This document shows, piece after piece, positions 9,660 through 17,400 of a stretch of DNA of 64,000 nucleotides. This DNA comes from an uncultured Verrucomicrobiae bacterium. GTDB lineage: Bacteria; Verrucomicrobiota; Verrucomicrobiia; Limisphaerales; Palsa-1400. A program made the translations under genes and the position numbers. The notes below the pieces were generated by a model that was not told the DNA's origin, searched no databases, and saw only the letters and a list, made by a program, of their open reading frames with translations. Where the stretch lies: contig CAVXRD010000004.1 in assembly GCA_963764165.1 (NCBI GenBank), forward strand, positions 464,164-528,163, in the 5' to 3' direction. Each line of letters begins with the position of its first letter. The first letter of the stretch is position 1.

Positions 9660-10991
9660 ATGGGCCTTCACGTCAAAACATCCGTCGACGGCCACGGCTT
9701 CGCCGCCGGCCTGAAAAAGATGGAGGAGGACGCCGAGCATTTCGGCAAAAACCTCTCAGAGAAAATCTCCGGGCATTTCGGAGAAGCAGTCATGGGGGTT
9801 ATCCCCGGTCTGACTAGCTCCATTGCAGGCGTTTTTGCGGCGGAAAAAATCAAGGAATCGCTCAAGGAATTTGGCGAGCAGGCCGAACGCATTGAATTTG
9901 GCTCCATCCGTCTCAACGTCGATCCAGAAACATTTCAGCGGCTCGACCGGGTGATGAAAGTCACCGGCGAGACCGCCGAGACGGCCGCGACTGCCTTCGA
10001 CAAACTGGCTGTGTCCGCCACGAAAATCGAGGACGGCCGCGACAAGACAGGAGAGCTGCGCCAGGCCTTCGCGGAGCTGGGTGTCACCACGGATGAGCTG
10101 GCGAGCAAGGATTACCGCAAAATATTTTTCCAGATCGCCGAAGGCTTGAAGGATATCGAGCCGAGCAAAGAGCAGATCGCTGCGCTGCGCGAGGTCTTCG
10201 GCAAGCAGGGCGATAATTTGCTGCCCGCGTTCAAGCTTGGTTTTGACAGCGACTACGCCACGGCCGGCGTCCTGGATGAGAAGGAATTGCAGGGCATCAA
10301 GGCGGTGAATGATGAATGGCGCAAACAGGGTGCAACCACGGCTGGAATGTGGAACACCACGAAACGGGCCGCGCTTGAGGCTGCGTCCGGCCTCGCCCTC
10401 ATGATCAACCCATTTAGATGGGCACAGAATTTGGGCACGCCTGATGAGGACGGATACCACCAAAAATTCATGGCCGAGGAAGCCAAACGCCTCGCCGAGA
10501 TCACCGCCGAGAAGCGGAAGCAGGCGGCCGCGCAGGAAGCGCTGCATGAGGCGAATAGGAAATCGGACGAAGCGGATCGCAAGAAAGCCGCCACGATCGA
10601 CAAGGAGACGGAAGCGCTAAAGGAGCGCAACCGGATCGCCGCCATGACGCCTGAGGAAAAGCGGCTTTATTTGCTCGATCAAATCCGGCAGATGCAGGGC
10701 GAACTGGATTACGGCGCCGGAAACAGCCGGGCGGATGACGCGACGTTGCGCAAAAAAATTGCCGAAGCGCAGCATGAAATTTCGCAGCTCGACAAGGTTA
10801 AGCCGAAGGCCGTCCACGAACATCTTTCTCATCTAGGCAACCAGGCCATCGGCGGAATCATGATGGGACACGACCGGCTAAACGAGATGGCCGCGCATAC
10901 GCGCCGGTCGGCGGAACACCTCGCGAGCATCGACAAGAAAATGGCCGCGCGGCAGCCGTCCGGCCGCACGCAGCATCACGACCTGCCGTAA
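9660..10991 (+). CDS. tail tape measure protein (short, 443 aa)
   Basis: Helical and repeat-rich. Segments such as AFDKLAVSATKIEDGRDKTGELRQAFAELGVTTDEL are typical of tape measure core regions. Gene order supports the call. Confidence 0.7.
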   Translation: MGLHVKTSVDGHGFAAGLKKMEEDAEHFGKNLSEKISGHFGEAVMGVIPGLTSSIAGVFAAEKIKESLKEFGEQAERIEFGSIRLNVDPETFQRLDRVMKVTGETAETAATAFDKLAVSATKIEDGRDKTGELRQAFAELGVTTDELASKDYRKIFFQIAEGLKDIEPSKEQIAALREVFGKQGDNLLPAFKLGFDSDYATAGVLDEKELQGIKAVNDEWRKQGATTAGMWNTTKRAALEAASGLALMINPFRWAQNLGTPDEDGYHQKFMAEEAKRLAEITAEKRKQAAAQEALHEANRKSDEADRKKAATIDKETEALKERNRIAAMTPEEKRLYLLDQIRQMQGELDYGAGNSRADDATLRKKIAEAQHEISQLDKVKPKAVHEHLSHLGNQAIGGIMMGHDRLNEMAAHTRRSAEHLASIDKKMAARQPSGRTQHHDLP

Positions 10992-10997
10992 TACCGC
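10984..10997 (+). promoter_or_regulatory. TGCCGTAA box, copy 4 (TGCCGTAATACCGC)
   Basis: Its TAA is the tape measure stop codon; 25 nt before the ATG at 11009. Confidence 0.4.
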
Positions 10998-11008
10998 AGT
11001 CATGGTGT

Positions 11009-11383
11009 ATGAATATAACACCTGAACGGATTGCGGACGCGATCGCTCGCGGCCTCTGCGCAAGATGTTTGCGCCGCAAACATCGTCCCGGCATGCGAAC
11101 GTGCAGCTATTGCGGCCATCTGGACGCGGCACACAAAAAAAGCCACGTCGAGAGACTGAAAAAGAAAGGCGGCTGTTTCCGCTGCGCACGGCCCGCGCTG
11201 CCTGGGCGTAAACGTTGCGAGCCATGCACCATATTTCACAATGCCTATTGCGTCGCGAAGAGAAAATCATGGAAGGCGGCTGGGCTTTGCACGGGCTGCG
11301 GAAAGGGCACGCCTGCCGAGGGCAAGACCAGATGCCAGCGGTGCATAGACTGCGGCGCGCGCCGCAAGCGGTCGATGCCGTAA
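11009..11383 (+). CDS. Cys-rich protein with three tandem CxxC-x10/11-CxxC zinc-ribbon units
   Basis: CARC..x11..CSYC; CFRC..x10..CEPC; CTGC..x11..CQRCIDC. TGCCGTAA boxes lie both upstream of the gene and at its stop codon. Confidence 0.55.
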   Translation: MNITPERIADAIARGLCARCLRRKHRPGMRTCSYCGHLDAAHKKSHVERLKKKGGCFRCARPALPGRKRCEPCTIFHNAYCVAKRKSWKAAGLCTGCGKGTPAEGKTRCQRCIDCGARRKRSMP

Positions 11384-11389
11384 GTACGC
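11376..11389 (+). promoter_or_regulatory. TGCCGTAA box, copy 5 (TGCCGTAAGTACGC)
   Basis: Its TAA is the stop codon of 11009..11383; 26 nt before the ATG at 11402. Confidence 0.4.
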
Positions 11390-11401
11390 CCCAGAGTCAC
11401 A

Positions 11402-12175
11402 ATGGCAGCACAAAGCGAATGGGGCCAGGCCGGCCCAATTGAAACGTACGCGGACAGCTCCTACGATCCCATGTCAGGCTGGGAGCAGGAGCAACGCTGG
11501 ACCGGCTTCCCGGCCGACATCGTCGCCCTCGGCAATTCATTCATCGCCGCCGGATGGAAAGCCCGCGTCGAAACGACGAACAGCCAATGGAGCCGCCTCA
11601 TTGTCTCCATCCCCAACAACGGAACCGACGATTACATTGATCGGTGGGAATTCAGCATTGGCTTCAAGCAGCAGGATTTGTTTCTCAATATTGGCGTTAA
11701 CGCCTACCTGCAAAACGCCGGGCTTACCGATGCGCAAATCATTGACCTGCGCACCGTGCTCAAACCCTATCTTGATGCGAACACTGGCAACGCAGCCGTG
11801 ACGGTCGCGCAAGGCGCGGCGTCCGGCGCAATTTACCAGATGCTGCAGATGGGCCAGGAATTCGTCGAAGTCGCGCAGCCGACGATTTCGCGCAAGCGAA
11901 CGTACGGATACAACTTCGCTGGCACCATCATGGCGACGCGGGTGACGCAGGATGTTTGGAGCACGTCCGCTCTGATCGCCGCCTTCGGAATTCCCTCACA
12001 GGTCTCCGCGCAAATTTCGCCCGATCCCAGCGCGCCGCCGGTCACAAATTTCGCGTTCGGATGGAAGATGCGCAAAAACAATTTGGTGATCATTCCAGCC
12101 AAAAACAAAATCGAGGAGCAGCTCGAATGGGAATGGGACCAGTGGTCGACCATCGCTTACAATTATATTTCCTGA
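11402..12175 (+). CDS. hypothetical tail protein (distal-tail position)
   Basis: First gene after the tape measure and zinc-ribbon genes. TGCCGTAAGTACGC box starts 26 nt upstream. Confidence 0.45.
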   Translation: MAAQSEWGQAGPIETYADSSYDPMSGWEQEQRWTGFPADIVALGNSFIAAGWKARVETTNSQWSRLIVSIPNNGTDDYIDRWEFSIGFKQQDLFLNIGVNAYLQNAGLTDAQIIDLRTVLKPYLDANTGNAAVTVAQGAASGAIYQMLQMGQEFVEVAQPTISRKRTYGYNFAGTIMATRVTQDVWSTSALIAAFGIPSQVSAQISPDPSAPPVTNFAFGWKMRKNNLVIIPAKNKIEEQLEWEWDQWSTIAYNYIS

Positions 12176-13242
12176 TGAACCTCCCTGAGCCACTTCCAGA
12201 GACAGACGATTTCCGCCTCAAAGGTCTTTTCAGTTGGTGCAACCGCCTTCGCGATTACGCGCAGTCAATAACCCTGATGCGCAGCGCCGACTCCAGGCTT
12301 GAGCGCACGCCTGCCGGCACGCTGCTTCGACCGGCGCGGGATTCAACGCCGCGCGATCTCGGCATTCGCAGCGTCACGAATTGGTATCTGCCTCCGATCA
12401 CTATCACCGAGACGGATCGCGACGGCTTTTCCAATCCGCGCCAATTCACCTGGAATGGTTTGATCGCGTTTGGCCCCTGGGTCGGCGGCGCGGCCGCCAA
12501 CGAAGAAAACATTTACGGAACCGGCGGATACGGCAGCGACACTTTGTTTGCATTCGATTACGGAGTATCGGGTTTCGTTGACGGAGAAAACACCAGCCCG
12601 CCAAGCAATTTTGTGTGGGACATCGATCCAGTTGTCTGGCCGGGCTTCGCCGATTTCCAGGACGCGGCCGACAACGCGGCCTTCTACCTCGTCGACTTGC
12701 CGCCGACCCTTCGCAATCAAATCGTGGGCGGCACATTCACTCAGCAGGATCAGCGCGAAACAGGACTCACCGAATGGCTGTTTGACTACGCTTACGCTAA
12801 CGGACAGCCCACCTTGCCCCAGATTTACGACCGCTACCCTTTTGATTCTACCAATGGCACATATTACGGCGACGGCGTCGGAAACGGCACCGGCAGCGGA
12901 GCGGCTACAGATGATTACACGGCTTATATCGAGCCGAGCTATTTCCCCGGCTCAACGCTCTACATTGCGAACCCCAACAGACTGCGCACCAGTCGCCGTT
13001 ACTTTTACCAGGATGCCTATTTCGGGGCGACGATTGAGCTGAACATGGGATGGGTTGACTTGAACGTGGACGCCCGCCGCTGGATGGCCGCCGGTTTGGT
13101 GGAAAACCACATGAGAGTGCAGATCGCTACGAACGGGTCGGGAGTAATGATCCCACCGCCAAACGCCTCAGTCGGCCTGGACGGCAACCTTTACGTCCCC
13201 GTCAACCAGGACTCAAATTACTATCCCGCCAACACGATTTAG
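12175..13242 (+). CDS. hypothetical tail/baseplate protein
   Basis: Start taken at MNLPEPLPETDDF. Its ATG shares one nucleotide with the upstream TGA (TGATG). Confidence 0.45.
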   Translation: MNLPEPLPETDDFRLKGLFSWCNRLRDYAQSITLMRSADSRLERTPAGTLLRPARDSTPRDLGIRSVTNWYLPPITITETDRDGFSNPRQFTWNGLIAFGPWVGGAAANEENIYGTGGYGSDTLFAFDYGVSGFVDGENTSPPSNFVWDIDPVVWPGFADFQDAADNAAFYLVDLPPTLRNQIVGGTFTQQDQRETGLTEWLFDYAYANGQPTLPQIYDRYPFDSTNGTYYGDGVGNGTGSGAATDDYTAYIEPSYFPGSTLYIANPNRLRTSRRYFYQDAYFGATIELNMGWVDLNVDARRWMAAGLVENHMRVQIATNGSGVMIPPPNASVGLDGNLYVPVNQDSNYYPANTI

Positions 13243-13436
13243 CCATAGCCATGCTTCGCCGCCTCGGCGTCCGCGACGCTGGCGAGCCATCCGCTCAGAT
13301 TGGATTTGCTCTTCTGCGCGGCCTTGACCCAAGCCGATTTTTGCCGGGGGCGGACACGCAGCTTCACGATAGCGGTGGATGAATCCTGGCGGTGATTTCC
13401 CGGCCAATCGGCTTTTGGGTTGTTAGAATCGTTCAT
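13239..13436 (-). CDS. ribbon-helix-helix (Arc/CopG-like) DNA-binding protein
   Basis: IVKLRVRPRQKSAWVKAAQKSKSNLSGWLASVAD fits the RHH strand-helix-helix pattern. Its start overlaps the stop of the upstream RHH-like ORF by ATGA. Confidence 0.55.
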   Translation of the reverse strand: MNDSNNPKADWPGNHRQDSSTAIVKLRVRPRQKSAWVKAAQKSKSNLSGWLASVADAEAAKHGYG

Positions 13437-13567
13437 TGCATCTCGCTCATTAACGGAAGTTTCCTGTCAAGAATCTGAATCGCATAGTCCAGCGGGGCAA
13501 CCCCTTTGAGCTTTGCCGCGCGCCGCAGCCTGGCGGAAAGGGTTTCCGGAAGTCGCGCCAGGCTAAT
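13433..13567 (-). CDS. second RHH-like ORF lacking a canonical start codon (possibly decayed)
   Basis: ISLARLPETLSARLRRAAKLKGVAPLDYAIQILDRKL fits an RHH pattern. There is no in-frame ATG/GTG/TTG; the nearest candidates are ATT or CTG. Confidence 0.3.
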   Translation of the reverse strand: MSLARLPETLSARLRRAAKLKGVAPLDYAIQILDRKLPLMSEMQ

Positions 13568-13596
13568 CTGGCGGGGCTTCGGATCGCATGCATACG

Positions 13597-13610
13597 TGCC
13601 GTAAGTACGC
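13597..13610 (+). promoter_or_regulatory. TGCCGTAA box, copy 6 (TGCCGTAAGTACGC)
   Basis: Intergenic; 28 nt before the ATG at 13625. Its 14 nt are identical to copy 5. Confidence 0.4.
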
Positions 13611-13624
13611 CCCTCAGTCGAACG

Positions 13625-14458
13625 ATGGCGATGCTCAATGGAATCATTCTCCGAAGTGACGGGACCGCGCCCAATCCGTGCCAGCGATGGCCGGAAGGCT
13701 GCCCCATGCCCGGACCCATCCCGACCTCGCGCGCGGGCGATCTCAATAACAGCGTGGCGCACAGCCACATTTACTTTCGGCCCATTCAAACTCCGTTCGT
13801 CGATATCGGCCAAAACAACGCCATCATCATCGGCGGTGTCCGCCGCGCGCGCATCGATGCGGAGACGGGGGCTTTCACGATTCAACTTCTCCAGGGGAAT
13901 TATTCTGTCGCGGTGGGCGCCGAAGTTTTCGAAATCAACATCCCGTCCGACGCCGGCACGTTTGAGCTTTCGGCGTGCATCGTCACCGCTATGAATTTCC
14001 AACCGCCGGCGTCCAATACTTACCAGGGCAACTTCCCGTCCACCGCGGATGATTTTGTCCTGCCCGCCAACGCGGTGAATAACCCCGGCGCGCCGGTCGC
14101 CACTGGCTGGACGCAAATTGTCCAAGGCCCCGGCAAATTCCAAATCGAAGCCAGCGTGATGGTTTACGCGACCAGCCGCGACGGCAACCAGCAGGACAAC
14201 GAGACGTATACCGCGTATTTGTGGGACTCGACCGACGCCGTCATTGTCGGCCAAACCGTAACCGTCGACAACATATTCACCGGCACGCAGGGGCAGATCG
14301 TTTTGCGCGGCACGGTGAACATCGTGGGAGCAACGCAAATCCTCCTGGAAGTCTACGCCGCCGGCAACCCCAACACAGCCGACCAAAGCGCCGCCCCGAA
14401 TTCCGTGGGAACAATCCTCATGGATCAATCCTCAATTTCCATCACGCGACTGAATTAA
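13625..14458 (+). CDS. hypothetical tail fibre-associated / receptor-binding-like protein
   Basis: 277-aa ORF immediately upstream of the tail fibre gene. TGCCGTAAGTACGC box starts 28 nt upstream. Confidence 0.45.
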   Translation: MAMLNGIILRSDGTAPNPCQRWPEGCPMPGPIPTSRAGDLNNSVAHSHIYFRPIQTPFVDIGQNNAIIIGGVRRARIDAETGAFTIQLLQGNYSVAVGAEVFEINIPSDAGTFELSACIVTAMNFQPPASNTYQGNFPSTADDFVLPANAVNNPGAPVATGWTQIVQGPGKFQIEASVMVYATSRDGNQQDNETYTAYLWDSTDAVIVGQTVTVDNIFTGTQGQIVLRGTVNIVGATQILLEVYAAGNPNTADQSAAPNSVGTILMDQSSISITRLN

Positions 14459-14462
14459 TTTT

Positions 14463-17400
14463 ATGATTTTCACAGAAGCCAACGAAGGAAACGAAGGGAA
14501 AATTGCGAGGAGCGCTTTGCCCAAGTTTCTCCGATTTATTTTCCCCCTTTGTGTCCTTTGTTACCTTCTGTTAAATCCCCGGGTCCAGGCCCAGCTCGTC
14601 ACCAGCCCGACCGGGCGAGCGATCGCCACCATCACCAACGGGACCAGCAACCTTGTCCTGACGGCCCAGGGCGGCAGCGCCCCGCCCGTCTGGGCCCCGG
14701 CATCGGGCTCCGGAAGCTCGACGACCATCAACGGCCTGACCGGCGCCGTCAGCGTCATCATCACAAACATCGGCGGGAATTCAGGGATGACAGAAGTCTT
14801 GTTGACCAACGGAAACTATTTGCTGATCTCCAATAATTGGAGCCAGGTCGCCACGCTCGCGTTGCTTGCGGCCCAGGGAACGGCCGACACAAATTACGCG
14901 CTAGCGATCGGCGCAGCGCTGACGAACGCGCTCGCCGCGCAAGGCGTCTCCGTGACAAATTTCGCGAATGCTGGTCTGGCTGCGCAGGGAGCGGCCGTCA
15001 CGAATTTTGCCAAAGCAATCGGATCCGCAATCACCAACGCGCTCGCCGCGCAAGGAACGGTGCAGACCAATTACACCCTCGCCGTCGGCGCGGCGATTAC
15101 CAACGCGCTGAATTTTGAAATCGCGGCCGCCGGAGCGCAAGCCACCAATTACGCCAACGGCATAAGTTCCGCGATTTATGTCTCGCTGGGATCGGCGGGA
15201 GCGGCGATTACCAATTTCGTCAACGCCGGTTTGGCGGCCCAGGGCACGGCCACCACGAACTTTGCCAAGGGCGTCGGAACATCCGTGACCAATGCGCTGG
15301 CCACACAAGGAATGGCCAACACGAATTTCGCCAGCGGCATCGGAACCAGCGTCACCAACGCCATCGCCGCCGGTGGAACGGCCGCGACCAATTACGTTAT
15401 CGCCTCGCTCGCCGCGCAAGGCACGGCCACCACGAATGCGATCAAAGCGGCCACGAATACAATCGCGTCCGGATCGCTGGCCGGCGCGCTCCCCTACTCC
15501 GTTTACCCGTCGGGAATTTCAGGAACAGTTCTGTCAAACACAGGCAGCGCGGTCGTGTGGGCCGCATCGCCGACCGGCGGTGGAACGGCAGGCATCGGCA
15601 CGCTCAACGGCGTCGGCACCAACACGTATTTGACAAACGCCACGACCAGCGGCGAGACCGCGACAAATCTAGCCATTTCGACCGGCGCGACAAAAACCAA
15701 CGGGACCGGATCGGCAGGCTTCACCGAAAACATCAACCTCGGCCCGAGCGGAATTTATCAAACCGTCGTCTCAGAAAACGCCGTCCACAAATGGAGCGTC
15801 CTGCAGACGGGAACGCTTTGGGAAATCCTCGATGGCAACAGCCAGGTCGCCTTCGCCATCAATCAGGCCTCCGGCGATGTCATCTTTGGCAACGGAGGAT
15901 TGTTGACCAACATCCTCATTTCGGCGCTGCAATCCAACAACGCGGCCGCGGGAACGTACTACGCATTGACCAATACCGGCAGCGGCCTGGCTCTCATGCA
16001 GATTACCGCCATTGCCGGCGTCAACGGTCAGGCCACCAATACTTACACCACGAACGGTTTCACCAGCGGCGAAACAGCGACCAATCTGACCATCTCGACC
16101 GGCGCGACAAAAACCAACGGGACCGCCTCGGCGGGATTCACGGAGAATATCAACCTTGGCCCGAGCGGGATTTATCAAACGGTCGTTTCCCAGAATGGCG
16201 TGGGAAAATGGCACGTCTTGCAGACCGCAACACTTTGGGAAATTCTCGACTCGGCCAACAATGTCGCCTTCCAAATCAACCAGGCATCCGGCGATGTCAT
16301 TTTTGGCAATGGCGGATTGTTGACAAACATTCTGATCGCCGGAATTTCCAGCAACGGCGTCACGGCCGGAAGCGTTTTCGTCGTCACCAACACAGGCGCG
16401 GGCCTCGGCTTCATGCTCGCCCCTGCGGCCAGCGGGATCAACACGAGCGGCGGCTTTGGCACCAACAATTATTTGACCAACGCCACGACCAGCGGCGAGC
16501 ACGCCACCAATTTGACCATCGCCAGCGGCAACGCCGGCGGCGCAACGAACCTGAACGCGAATGCCTTCACCGGAGGCACAACCGCACTCACCAATCACAA
16601 CGCGGCCGTGGCCAATTTCGGAAGCAACGTGGTTACGGCCGCAACGAACGTCAGCGGAGCCATCGCCAATTCCGGAACTTTCTCCACCGACGGCGGAAAC
16701 ATCAGCAGCGACGCTCTTGGCCACCTGTCCATTTCGCCGAATGAAAACAACGGCGTTGGCTTGACTGTTAGCCAGGATCAGGCCGGCGACGACATTGCGG
16801 ATTTCACCGATTGGAACGGCAATTTGATCTTTCAGCTCGACGGACCGAATCAGCAAGCGAAACTGGCCGCGCCCTGGATTTACGCTGGCAACGGCAGCGA
16901 CCTCACGACCCTTAACGCCTCGCAATTAACCAGCGGCACGGTGCTTCCCGCGCGTCTCGGCGGCGGATCCCCCAGCTCGAGCACGGTTTTGTACGGCAAT
17001 TCCACTTGGGGCCCCATCGTCGGCGGCAGCGGGATCGCGACCAGCGGCGGCGCCGGCACCAACAATTATTTAACGAACGCCACCACGAGTGGAGAGAGCG
17101 CAACGAATCTCACCATCGTGAGCGGCAACATTTCAGGGGCGACCAACCTGCCCGTTTCGGCGCTCAAGACAAACGGCCTGACGGCCGGAAGCGTCTACGT
17201 CCTGACCAATTCTGGAAGCGGAATGACCGTGATGGTTGCTCCGTCTGGAGGCGGCGGAGGAGGCTCGGGAATTCCAACCATCGCAGGCGTCGGCACCAAC
17301 ACGTATTTAACCAATGCGACGAGCAGCGGCGAGATTGCGACAAACATCAGCATTATCAGCGGTAATATTTCTGGAGCGACAAATCTCCCGCCGTCAGGCC

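Noticed and set aside
13433-14428. 331-aa minus-strand ORF
   Set aside because: Most of it is antisense to the + strand tail gene 13625..14458 and is Arg/Gly-rich. Only the last ~45 codons (RHH-like) look real, and those are reported separately.
14850-16440. Regular repeats examined as a possible CRISPR array (likewise the hexamer arrays at 35.9 and 49.0 kb)
   Set aside because: The tail fibre repeats are in-frame coding repeats with no unique spacers. The hexamer units are only 6 bp at 9-31 bp spacing. No cas genes are present and there is no repeat of 24-48 bp separated by spacers.
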